A DNA stretch of 64,000 bases from Mytilus californianus (lineage: Eukaryota). Under the pieces are notes generated by a model, which was not told the origin of the DNA, did not search any database, and was given only the letters and a program-made list of their open reading frames with translations. Within the stretch, counting starts at the first letter, position 1, and every line of letters starts with the position of its first letter. The stretch spans positions 52,886,001 through 52,950,000 of the forward strand of contig NW_026262712.1 in assembly GCF_021869535.1 (NCBI RefSeq), given 5' to 3'. Position numbers and translations under genes: made by a program. Positions 52,283-64,000 of the stretch are shown piece after piece.

Positions 52283-53531
52283 TTTAGCTCACTGTCCCGA
52301 AGGAACTGTGAGCTTTAGCCATCACATGGCGTCCGTCGTCGTCGTTGTCGTCCGTCTGATGTAAACTATTTTAAACATCTTCTCCTCTGAAACTACTGAA
52401 CCAATTCCAACCAAACTTAAGTTGAATGATCTTTAGGGTATCTAGAATAAAGTTAATGCTTTATTTTCTATTTCGTCAAAAAACATGGCCGCTATGGCTA
52501 AAAATAGAACATAGGGGTAAAATGCAGTTTTTGGCTAATATCTCAAAAATCAAAGCAGTTAGGACAAATCTGACATGGGGTAAAAGTGTTCATAAGGTAA
52601 AGTTCTATCAGCCCTGAAATTTTCAGATGAATCTAATAACCAATTGTTGGGTTGCTGCTACTAAATTGGTAATTTTAAGGAAATTTTGCAGTTTTTGGTT
52701 ATCTTGAATAGTATTAATGATAAAAATAAACTGTAAACAGCAAATATGTTCAGCAAAGTACGATCTACAAATAAGTTTATATGACCAAAATTGTCAATTG
52801 ACCCCTTAAGGAGTATTGGCCTTTGAGGACAATTTTACACAATTTGTTTATCATGTTTTCTAACTTTAAAAAATCTTCTCCTCTGAAACTACTGAACCAA
52901 TTCCAACCAAATTTAAGCTGAATGATCCTTAGGGTATATAGAATTAAGTTTGTGTTTTATTTTCGGTTTAGTCAAAAAAACATGGCCACCATGGCTAAAA
53001 TTAGAACATAGGGGTAAAATGCAGTTTTTGGCTAATATATCTCTAACACTTAAAGCAATTAGAGCAAATCTGATGAGAGGTTAAAATGTTCATTAGGCCA
53101 AGTTCTATCAGCCATGAAATTTTCAGACGAATCTAACAGTCCATTGTTTGGTTGCTGCCACAAAATTGGTAATTTTAAGGAATTTTGCAGTTTTTGGTTA
53201 TTATCTTGAATATTATTAATGATAAAGATAAACTGTGAACAGCAAAGTAAGATCTACAAATAAGTTAATATGACCAAAATTGTCAAATGTGTTCTTATAT
53301 AAGGAGTTATTGCCCTTTAAAGACAATTTTTCACAATTTGTTCATCTAGTTTGCTTACTTTAAATAATCTTCTCCTTTGAAACAGCTGAATCAATTTCAG
53401 CCAAACTTGGGCTGAATGAGTTTCAGAGTATCTAGTATAAATTTTGTATTTTATTTTCTTGTACGTCAAGAAACATAGCCACTATGGCTAAAATGGAACA
53501 TAGCGATTCAGGCTCTTGAGAGCCTCTTGTT
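52283..53531 (+). mobile_element. Helentron-type element with duplicated ~500-bp interior, same family as 17219-17846
   Basis: ttttagctcac 5' end, (GTC)n tract, repeated aatcttctcctctgaaactactga units, 3' gcgattcaggctcttgagagcctcttg. Confidence 0.75.
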
Positions 53532-53797
53532 CCTTGGTCGATTTTTCCACCTTAAAGTCATATGAAACTTCAAATTAAAAAAAAAATGATGAATGATATG
53601 TTTTTTTATAACTAAATGGTTAGTTTTCATTATAAAACTTATGTACATATACTTTTTTTCTGAAGAAAATTCTTTAATTTGTTCAAATTTAGAAGAAATT
53701 TACTTTTTCTGAATTGTTACCATTCACCGAAAAGTTTTCCGTATGCAGTTACCTCAGCATGACCTTTATCATAAAAATCCGGTGATTGCAATTACGC

Positions 53798-55875
53798 TGG
53801 AGCGTCTTTTTACCACAGAACACTCAAAATATACCACAGAACTACACAAATTACAATTAAACTACTGAAATATACCACAGAACATTACAATTACTTTATA
53901 AAACGCAAATCTAATAATTCAGAATTATATTATTTCTTTAATTAGGGTTATACCAATGACATGATGATTGACTGGATGAGATAAAAATGATCAAAGCCTT
54001 TTTGTTATTTGGCATTTTTTGTTTTACATTTGGAGACCTTTGAGACACTACAGTAAACTCTGTGGAGTTTATTAAATATGTTGTTTAATAACAATAAAAA
54101 CTTTATATAAATAAAACTTGTTTTTCTACAAAAAAAGTTGATCTGAAGGATTTTACCAGGGTATAATACGCTATGAATAATATTGATCTGATTGACAGAA
54201 AGTGCTTATATCGTTTTTTTAAACATTTTTTCAATGAATTAAGAAATCTGCGAGATTGATGAATATTCTCTATGAAAATATAACCATTATAGTAAATAAA
54301 TTGTTTTTCTACAAAAAATGTTGACCTGACAGATTTTACCTGCGCGAATCATGCTATGAATAATATTAACTTGATTGACAGAAAGAGTTGATATTTTTCA
54401 TATGTAACTTTTTTTCTGTGAAGTTAATAAACGTATAAAACAATAATTTTATTTCTTTAACTAAATTTTTGGTCATCATCGGCTCTCATTTTAATCTTAA
54501 ATTTTTATTATTATAAAAATTGCATTCTTGAAATTATTTAACAATAATTAGAACAGGAAGACTGCTGTCAACATTCTATTTAATATAATATTTATATCAT
54601 TAATAATGAAATATTTACAAAATTCTTCATTGTTTGGATTCTAGCTAGCTAGTTGCAACTTGATTATATAAGGTAATTCAATTTTTATGTATTTGATGTC
54701 TCAGGTCAGAGACATATACACACATGTGTATATATGTCTCTGCTCAGGTGTGAAAACTTAAATGACATGTTAATTGGCTTGATTGGTGATTACTTAGATA
54801 ATCTAAGTAAATTTTGGTGCTATAATTGTGTCAGTGAACTTGCTACGGTCAACATTTTCGGACTCAAAAATATATATAATAGAATCTATACGTAAATGCT
54901 ACATATACCAGTTTTTTTTTTTATGTAAAGTCCTAGTTCAATAAATGCATACAAAATTTGGCAAAAATCTGAAATATTAATTGTCAAATGATTGGAGAAG
55001 ATACACGCACAACATATGAATCCAAAAACAGAGTTATCTTTGTATGCTTCCATTATTATAAATTAAATGATTTGTAGAGTTATAGCTGAGGCACTTTCTA
55101 AATACACAAGAAGTGTCAGAAATTATATTATAGCAAGCAAAAACGTTTTCTTTATGTAGTTGACAAAACATCAAGTACACTATAAAACATTAAGATAAAT
55201 CTGAACCAAAACCAACTACTATTTAAAGGCTTTATAATATCAATCTGAATTGTATTTTCTATCTAAAACAGAAAATTGTAAGATTTGTGTAATACAGTAA
55301 AGATGTATATTTTGATACGATATTTGGTATTTTTGGAGTTGGGTCATTTTAGAGCTTTGGGCACAATTTCTAAGAAAACCAACGGACCTAGTAATTCCTT
55401 ATTAGTATTCTGCAAGAAGTAGAACTTAAATTCAAATGATGACAAAGACGTATTTTCTTCAAAGGTCAGTCGTACAAGAATATGGACAGATTTTGAAAAA
55501 GACCCATAAAAAAAAATGAATTTAACAAATAATTACGTAATGCATCTAAACATTCTCAAAAATGAATTGAAAATTACAAAAAAGATTAACATGTATTAAG
55601 ATATAAATGTCACAAACATAAATAATCTTTGTATATTATGGTTTTAATAGCTAGGGATTATCGGTATGATCCCAATTATTGGCCATTCAGTTTTGGGCGT
55701 ACCAATAGTGAGTCGACCTTAAATAGAAAAAATAAATTTATTTGAATAATAAATGTCAAATCATAAAAGAATGAACAATAACACGATAGCTGTAGTATTA
55801 ATATTGCGAAGTTCTGTGGTAAATTTAGGGTGTTCTGTGGTATTCTGTGGTGTTCTGTGGTAAAAAGACGCTCCC
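53798..55875. mobile_element. Mutator-like (MULE) non-autonomous element, 2078 bp
   Basis: TIR (T/G)GGAGCGTCTTTTTACCACAGAAC with ACCACAGAA subterminal repeats. 9-bp TSD CAATTACGC at 53789-53797 and 55876-55884. No transposase ORF. Confidence 0.8.
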
Positions 55876-56282
55876 CAATTACGCAAGTGCGAAGGGGAAA
55901 ACCAAATTGGCAGAGAGAGTCAACAAACGTAGAAATTTTATCGCAACGTCATCGAAATAATAATCTTTATCGTTTTGTACATGTTATACACGTGCTTACC
56001 TGAATATCCATGCTTCTTTGTTGATTGTTTACAAAGGTGACAATCGGTAAACTTCGGCTTCTAAACACGACCATTAATTATCTGCCATATTTTCACAACA
56101 ACACTGACCGAGTGAAATATTTTTTTGACGATTATACGAAATGGAAGCGTGAAGATAAAATCGTGCACAGAAGACGAAGTTTATGATATATATGCATGCA
56201 TATCTTCAAGAGTTGGATTAACATTATTTTCCAACAGTCACTCGTTTCATTAGTCCAAATAATTATGACATCTTGCAAGGCT

Positions 56283-57298
56283 ATTTTTGTCGAGCCTGCG
56301 ACTTTTGTCGCAGAAAGCTCGACATAGGGATAGTGATCCGGCGGCTACGGCGGCGTTACCTAACTTCTTAAAAGCTTTATATTTTAGAAGCTAGAAGACC
56401 TGGATGCTTCATACTATGTATATAGATGCCTTATGTTACGAAGTTTCCGTCTGTCATATGTCCATTGTCCTTGACCTCATTTTCATGGTTCAGTGACTAC
56501 TTGAAAAAAAATCAACTTTTTTTGTAATGTTAATTTCTTTCTTATTATGAGTGATAGGATAACTATATTTAGTATGTGCGTACCTCTCAATGTCCATTTT
56601 CATGGTTCAGTGGTCAAAGTTAAGTTTTTGAGTTTTGGTCTTTTTTTCTAATACTATATGCAATAGGTCAACTATATTTGGTGTATGGAAATATTTTATG
56701 ATGTACATGTCAGTCTCGTAGGTTTTATTTGACCTTGACCTCATTTTCACGATTCATTTCTCAGTGTTAAGTTTTTGTGTTTTGGTCTGTTTTTCTTCAA
56801 CTATAAGCAATAGATCAACTATATTTGTTGTATGGAAGGATTGTAAGGTTGTCTGTATGGCAAGTATCATCTTACCTTGACCTCATTTTCATGGTTTATT
56901 GGTCAATGTTAAGTTTTCATGGTTAAGTTTGTTTCTTAGATATTATAAGCAATAGGTCAACTATATTTAATGCATAGATTGATTGTAAGGTGTACATGTC
57001 TGTCTGGCAAGGTTCATCTGACCTTGACCTCATTTTCATGGTTCATTGGTCAATGTTAAGTTTTCTTGGTTAAGACTGTTTCTTAGAAACTATAAGCAAT
57101 AGGTCAACTATGTTTGGTTTATTGAATGATTGTAAGGTGTACATGTATTTCTCGTTTGGTTTATCTGAGCTTGACCTCATTTTCTTGGATCATGTTAAGT
57201 TTATGCGTTACTTGTAGTAAAGCTTTATATTTAGGACTATCAACATAAAATCAATGGTTAGTAAAGAAGGCGAGACATTTCAGCGTGTGCACTCTTGT
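56283..57298 (+). mobile_element. Helentron-type element with ~125-bp internal repeats; a 3' fragment of the same family at ~13560-13670
   Basis: ttttgtcgagcc..gctcgaca 5' stem-loop, GGC tract, repeated gaccttgacctcattttcatggttc, 3' aaggcgagacatttcagcgtgtgcactcttg. Confidence 0.75.
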
Positions 57299-57344
57299 AA
57301 TTTTTTTCTGTGACGCCTTCATATTAGGTTGAGTTTTAGGTTGG

Positions 57345-57665
57345 ATTGGTCGATCCGACAGGCTGAGAGCGTAGTAAGACCGCGGTATGAACGTACGTGG
57401 TATAATCTTGGTAAGAGCGGGCTATAATCGTAATAGAAGCATGGTAAGATCGTGTTGTAATCGGAGAATTCGTGGTATGGTCGTAGATAGAACAAGATCG
57501 TGATAATCGTAGTGAGATCGCAGAATAAGCGTGGTGAGAACGTGGAATAATCGTAGCGGGATCGTGAAAACAACGAAAATTTACAGTTTCATGCCGTTCA
57601 TACCGCGACCTCACCACGATCTGAATTTATTTAAGATTGCGGTGAGCGTGGTGCGATCGTGGTTT
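57345..57665. repeat. GC-richer interspersed repeat built from short ATCGT(G/A) motifs
   Basis: Recurrent atcgt/gcgtggt motifs and an imperfect inverted repeat at ~57603-57663. Confidence 0.45.
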
Positions 57666-58080
57666 TACTGGTCAGTTACAGTTAAAAATGAGTAAGTAAG
57701 TGTATAAGTTTGAAAGGGCTTGACTCATCCGGTCACAACTAGACACCAAATAGATAACAATAATAAAAAGACATCAGTTTATTCTATTTTACCTATGGCA
57801 CCATGGAATTATTGTATTTCTTAAATAATTTTTATTTGTTTTGGATGAATAATATCTTTCAGACAGAAAATTTAAAAGCTCATATTGTCTAAAAACCAAT
57901 GGAAAATCATCTGAACCTTACCTAAAAAATGTAAGCTAATTTAAAAGCTGAAAATGGTCTGAACCCTTCCTGAACAATAGCTGGAGACTGAACAATGGCT
58001 GAGTATAGATTCTTTCAAATTTTTACTGAACATTTGCTTAAATATCCCTCTGTTTGTTGAACATAATAAAAAGAAATGCT

Positions 58081-59017
58081 GAAAAGCTTCTGAATATTTG
58101 TCAAAACAGTCTTAGTTGAATTTTTACTGAAAATATGCTGAAAATCTACTGGAATGTGCCAAATTCAGCCATTTTCAAGTAAAGGGTATTTTCAGAGGTT
58201 CTGAATATTTTAGCAAGGTGTTCAGAAAAGTTCAGAATTAATGCTGAATTATTTCTGAATATTGCTGAATATTTACTGAAAACGACTGGCTGAATATTTA
58301 CTGAAAATTTGCTGAAAACCGGCTGGAACATGCCAAATTCAGGCATTTTTAAGGAAAGGGTTTACTAAATGTTTTCAGTTAAATTCCAGCATCGTGTTCA
58401 GAAAAAAATCAGAAATTTTTTTTAATGAGGAATCATGGAATAAGAAACCACCAAAAAGTAATTTACTGAAATATATACATAATACGCTAGTTGGAAGTAG
58501 ATCTAGTCTTTGGTGAAAATCTACACTGAAAAAATGACAATATACATGTACTAATAGTAAGATGTAGTATGATTGCCAATAAGACAACTCTACACCAGAA
58601 TTTTAATATATAAATAGAAGATATAGACGCTCTCTCACTAGCCAAACACCCGAACTGCAAAATTAAAGTACATACACCATAGGCACTAAGTGTCATAAAT
58701 AGGTACATGTAAAATGTGTATTACAAACACTTGTGGCATGAAGTTTTGACAATAACAAGATATTATTTAAAACAAATAAATGATCATATTTTATAGCTCA
58801 AGGAGTGACCAATCTGACAAGTCATGTTTACTGTTATGTCCAATTACTATGATGGAAAAGGTGACAATTTTATCGAGACTAACATAACTAACGACTAAAC
58901 TGAAATTTTGCGTCATTTGTCTAAATAATTGAATAATGTTCAACAATTTTTCCACGGCCTTGGACTTTTCAATTTTCTCAAATCAGTGTGTAGGGACCGT
59001 CTAAAAAGAGTTCAACT
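58081..59017 (+). repeat. Copy 1 of a ~930-bp near-identical direct duplication
   Basis: Aligns base by base with 62900-63827, with only scattered substitutions and short indels. Confidence 0.95.
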
Positions 59018-61253
59018 TTGTTGCATGTTAAAGGACTTTATGAGATGAAGAACAGCATTAAAACACTTTTCCTTCACTGGGTTTTGTCATAAGTGGGACA
59101 ATAAATGAAAAATCAGAACCTATCCTAACATTTCAGTGATATTTTTCGTCCATCAAACTTTTTACAAGATGGGAAAATGATCCTGGTGAGGAAAACTTTG
59201 ATTTAAATTTGATCGTCAGGCAAATTGCAGAAGTTTGTCATCACAATTTTTTTTTTTATCCAATGCATCTTTTTTACTAATGATTTGAATTATTATCCAA
59301 ATGCATAACGGGGACATGACCTGACCAAAAGAATGAAAAAACAATGTATGACAAATCTATGAATAAGAGGACATTTGAAGATAACGGGAATGAAACAGCA
59401 ACCCAGCGGCACAAAAATACCAGAAGACAACATAATTGTGTATGTCTTATAACACTGATCAAAGCATTGGATGTTTCCAGGATTTCGACCCCTTTTTGGT
59501 ATCAATCCCATACATTTAGTATCTATTAATAATTCAACATAATAACAAACTGTAGTCCCTCCTCTTTCGTAATTAACATCTCCATTGTTTACAACTTTAC
59601 ATTATACGTCATTAGTCAATTCCTCCAATACACGATACATAGTGCATGTATAGGTAAACCACACTTAGACATGAGATGCATGACTAATAGTTAGGTCTTA
59701 TTCATGTTACAATCCTTCAATAATTGTGTGTTTACAATTATTAGCTCATTTTACAGCTGAAATTATGGTATGTCGTTTTCGTTTACTTGTCGATTTTTTT
59801 CGAAGAATTGTTTCGGAGATTGCTCCCCGAAATTTATTATCGATTTATTTCCCCATAGTAGGTTATTGTTTTGATCTGACAAAAATCCCTTTATTGAATG
59901 AACTAGATTACAGTTCTGGGCTAAGTGGTTTATACTGTTAGATTTGAGTAAGTCCTTCTATTTCTTTAATTTTGTCAACACAGATCTCTAATGATATCAC
60001 AGTTGTAGTATTGGTCATTGTTGGTAGGAATGAGATAAAAAAAAGTTATAAAATGCATGTTCACATTGTTTCAATGTTTTTGATTTGTTTAATGAACAAA
60101 TATTTGATGTATTATTAATGTTTTCCTCCTACTGAAGACTCAATATTTTTTTTGTATACCAATTTTCCATGGTTGAGGATAAATATTTAGTATTTTTTTG
60201 ATATTTTTTTTGTGGTTTTATTTTTATTGATATTACAAGCATTTTATTTATCTTTTTACAACAATTATTATGTTCTTAGTTTGAACAAAATTATTGTCAC
60301 CTTTACCACAGTGTATGGTTGCCCCCGAAATCATGTGCATAATTTATTTTTCCTTTAAATTATCCTGGACAATTTCTGGCATCTAATTTATGTCTTTGAA
60401 AACATGTTTATTCTTAATTAAATTTTGCTCCTCAACCATTTTGTGAAACGTCTTAAATCACTTGCGGTTTTCCGCACTGTGTTGTCGTTTTCAAACAAAT
60501 TCCCGGAAATGCACGAAGTTGTATGAGATAAACGTCACGGACATTAACGGGAAGGCATATGATAATATTTCGGAAGCAGTCAATAAAGGTTTGTTTATCA
60601 GCTCGCCGAGGCAATTCTTAGGAATCTGGTCAATAAATATAGTAATCATTTCATAACTTTTTAATATTATTAGATGTTATTGAACTGTGAAATTGAAGTA
60701 ATATTTTATACAAGTATGTGATAAAATTTATTGTTTGATATCTACACGATCTAAAACATTTATATGTACCTACAACCAAATGGAATTATCTTTTACAAAC
60801 ATAGAGGCGGACAGAAAAGTCAGTCAAAACTATAAGTTGAGATTTCAACATTTGCGATTTAAAAATGATTTCTATATAGATATACAGATAATTGTATGTG
60901 CAATATAAAATAAGTAGATGTGGTATATGATTGCCATATGAAACATTTCTTTACAAGACCAAGAAACAAAGATGTGAGCAATTACAGGTCACCATAAAGT
61001 ATTCTACAATGAGCAAAACCCATATATATTGATAGCTGTAATACTAAATGACAAAATGTTAATTTAGGCCAACGTTTTTTTTATTATCTGTTTTACGAGA
61101 TTTTTTCTGAGAACTTAGGGTCGGGGGTCGGAATGAAAATAAAAATAAAAGAATAAATTTGTTTGAGTTGAAAAAAAAGTGGTTTTAACCATTTCTTTTT
61201 AAGCCCCCGCCGTAATTAAGTTTTACCCTTGCCCGTCTGTACGTATGTACGTA

Positions 61254-61550
61254 GTCAGCACTTCTGTGTTGACATGAATTATCATTGATATGATCATATT
61301 TATAAATTAACTGTTCATAAAACTTTGAATTTTTGAAATACTAAGGCTTTTCTACCTCAGGAATAGATTACCTTAGCTGTATTTGGCAAAACTTTAAGGA
61401 GTTTTTGGTCCTCAATGCTATTCATTGAACTTCGTACTTTATTTAGCCTTTTTAACTTTTTTGATTCGAGCGTCACTGATGAGTCTTTTGTAGACGAAAC
61501 GCGCGTCTGGCGCAAATACAAATTTACATCCTGGTATCTATGATGAGTTT
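61254..61550 (+). mobile_element. ~300-bp hammerhead-bearing repeat (Penelope pLTR-like / non-autonomous retroelement)
   Basis: Inserted within a (GTAC)n tract; contains the minimal hammerhead near its 3' end. Confidence 0.6.
61471..61512 (+). ncRNA. Minimal type I hammerhead ribozyme
   Basis: CGTCA-CTGATGA-GTCT(TTTGT)AGAC-GAA-ACGCGCGT-C-TGGCG: intact CUGAUGA and GAAA core, 4-bp stem II, palindromic stem III, GUC cleavage triplet (after 61507), stem I CGUCA/UGGCG. Confidence 0.85.
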
Positions 61551-61919
61551 ACGTACGTACGTACGTCCCAAAATTGGTTTCCGTTATCTATCTTGAGTTT
61601 GCCTCAACCAAATGTAATGAAACTTATACACAATGCTTATTACCACAAAACACAGATCAAGTTTGAATTTTGGTGGTGTCACTTTATCCGTTCTAGAGTT
61701 ATGTCCCTTTATAAATGGAAAAATTGCAAAATTTTTAGTTTCCGTTCTCTAACTTAAGTTTGCCTCAACCAAATGCTATGAAACTTATACACAATGCTTA
61801 CTACCACAAAACACAGATCAAGTTTGAATTTTGGTGGCGTCACTTTAACAACTCTAGAGTTATGTCCCTTTATAAATGGAAAAATTGCAAAAAAATTATT
61901 TTCTAAATATCAAGTAAAT

Positions 61920-62895
61920 TTTAGTCCCCTACCGACGAAGTCGAAGGGGACTTTAAGTTTGCACTCTGTCCGTCTGTCTGTCTGTCTGTCCGTCCGTCCG
62001 TCTGTCCATCCGTCAGTCCGGCAACTCAGCTTTCCACACTTTTTTTCTTCGTTCTTGAAGATATTGATTTGATATTTGGTATATAGTTTTATCATGACAA
62101 GTTATAGATCAAGTTCGAATTTTGTTCCGGTCTGATGATTTAGTCCAGAGTTATGGTCCATGAAAAAACTCCATAACTAATGTTAGAGTACTATGTTAAA
62201 CCATATAATCTATACAAAGGGAGATAACTCATTTTTTAAAAGACATTCTTTGGTAAATTGTTTGAGGAATTTTGTGGCAGGTTTATATATTATTTTGTAT
62301 AAACTAATTTTCTGAATGCTACATGTATATATATGTATATTTTTTTATTAAGTGAAATCCTTTAATTAGATAATAATCTATTTTTATTAAGGTATATATT
62401 TCATTACATTGCTTTGTGTAGATAAAAGTTGTTGACATTTTATAGGTAAGTTACAAATCTATATTATTTAGTTTGTGACAAATGAAAGAAAAATTATTTG
62501 GAACTATTAATTATATTTGATTGTAATTTGAAAATAGATATACATTGTATTACATCATATCTAATGTTAAAATGTTGTAGGTTTTCCACACTTTTTTTCA
62601 TCATGCTTGAAAATATTGATTGACAATTGGTAAATAGTTTTATCATGACAAGTTACAGAATACAGATCAAGTTCAAATTTTTGTTTCGGTCTGATAATTT
62701 TGTGCAGAGTTATGGTCCTTGGAATTTAAAAATTCACTCATATATTCAGTTTTCCACCCTGTTTTTAGTCATGTTTGAAGATATTGACTTGATATTTTCT
62801 TTTTGTTTAAACCATGACAAGTTATAGGACAAGTTAGCATTTTGTTCCAGTATAATGAATTTTTACCCGGTAGGGGACTATGTATTGCCATGCAA
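61920..62895 (+). mobile_element. Helentron-type element with (GTCT/GTCC)n tract
   Basis: ttttagtcccctaccg..aggggact 5' stem-loop, microsatellite at 61965-62015, internal repeat at 62030-62160 and 62580-62830, 3' cggtaggggact. Confidence 0.7.
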
Positions 62896-62899
62896 TGAT

Positions 62900-63827
62900 G
62901 AAAAGCTTCTGAATATTTGTCAAAACAGTCTTTAGTTGAATTTGTACTGAAAATATGCTGAAAATCTACTGGAATGTGCCAAATTCAGCCATTTTCAAGT
63001 AAAGGGTATTTTCAGAGGTTCTGAATATTTTAGCAAGGTGTTCAGAAAAGTTCAGAATTAATGCTGAATATTGCTGAATATTTACTGAAAACGACTGGCT
63101 GAATATTTACTGAAAATTTGCTGAAAACCGGCTGGAACATGCCAAATTCAGGCATTTTTTAGGAAAGGGTTTACTAAATGTTTTCAGTTAAATTCCAGCA
63201 TCGTGTTCAGAAAAAAATCAGAAAAATATTTTTATGAGGAATCATGGAATAAGAAACCACCAAAAAGTAATTTACTGACATATATACATAATACGCAAGT
63301 TGGAAGTAGATCTAGTCTTTGGTGAAAATCTACACTGAAAAAATGACAATATACATGTACTAATAGTAAGATGTAGTATGATTGCCAATAAGACAACTCT
63401 ACACCAGAATTTTAATATATAAATAGAAGATATAGACGCTCTCTCACTAGCCAAACACCCGAACTGCAAAATTAGAGTACATACACCATAGGCACTAAGT
63501 GTCATAAATAGGTACATGTAAAATGTGTATTACAAACACTTATGGCATGAAGTTTTGACAATAACAAGATATAATTTATAACAAATAAATGATCATATTT
63601 TATAGCTCAAGGTGTGACCAATCTGACAAGTCACGTTTACTGTTAATGTCCAATTACTATGATGGAAAAGGTGACAATTTTATCGAGACTAACATAACTA
63701 ACGACTAAACTGAAATTTTGCGTCAGTTGTCTAAATAATTGAATAATGTTCAACAATTTTTCCACGGCCTTGGACTTTTCAATTTTCTCAAATCAGTGTG
63801 TAGGGACTGTCTAAAAAGAGTTCAACT
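62900..63827 (+). repeat. Copy 2 of the ~930-bp direct duplication
   Basis: From gaaaagcttctgaatatttgtc to ctaaaaagagttcaact. ORFs 58487-58708 and 63272-63517 share an identical peptide. Confidence 0.95.
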
Positions 63828-64000
63828 AGGTGCAGGCCGTTTCGTAACTAGTCGATTCGTAACTTACTAGGTCGTTTCTTACCTGGGACGTTTTGTAACC
63901 TTATATCAATATATAATAACAATATAAGTCGTAGGTTACGTAAAAAATAATAAAAAAGACTTATTGATGTATATTTATGTATATTTATTTATTAAATAAT

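Larger units (their letters stand above)
53555..57330. mobile_element. Kolobok-like host element split by the nested MULE and Helentron insertions
   Basis: TTAA|AGTCATATGAAAC left end. Right part gtccaaataattatgac..tttttctgtgacgcc..ttcatat matches the uninterrupted copy at ~50650-50760. Ends approximate. Confidence 0.5.
61195..61900 (+). mobile_element. Helentron-type element whose (GTAC)n tract is interrupted by a hammerhead-bearing insert
   Basis: ttttaagcccccgc 5' end, GTAC repeats at 61238-61253 and 61551-61566, ~170-bp internal repeats at 61570-61900. Confidence 0.6.

Noticed and set aside
59277-59529. Overlapping short ORFs on both strands
   Set aside because: No recognisable motifs or consistent splice sites. 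Most other 60-110 aa ORFs in the track likewise fall in repeats or AT-rich introns.
58081-63827. LTR retrotransposon with 930-bp LTRs
   Set aside because: No gag/pol remnants, PBS or PPT between the copies, and no clear TG..CA ends with TSD.

Overview
AT-rich, intron-containing eukaryotic DNA. The repeat families and lectin types suggest a bivalve such as a Mytilus-like mussel; this is inference, not directly shown. Three + strand protein-coding loci can be assembled from splice sites. (1) A C2H2 zinc-finger gene whose 1740-bp exon is mostly a 54-bp coding tandem repeat (28 near-identical plus 3 degenerate 18-aa units) and whose 3' finger array is truncated and decaying; its 5' exons were not found. 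(2) A complete 6-exon secreted fibrinogen-related protein (FReD/FREP, 263 aa). (3) A 3-exon F-type lectin (219 aa) with an N-terminal N@d-type coiled coil and an Arg-to-Glu change in the fucose-binding motif. The rest is dense, nested mobile DNA: two degraded LINEs, two Penelope-like RT fragments, many Helentron-type non-autonomous elements, a Helitron-like element, Kolobok-like and Mutator-like TIR elements, hairpin MITEs and SINEs. Also present are a minimal hammerhead ribozyme, a 177-bp TGT..ACA element carrying a tRNA-Thr-like Pol III cassette, a recent ~930-bp duplication and an older ~1-kb paralogy. All exon models and alignments were done by eye.
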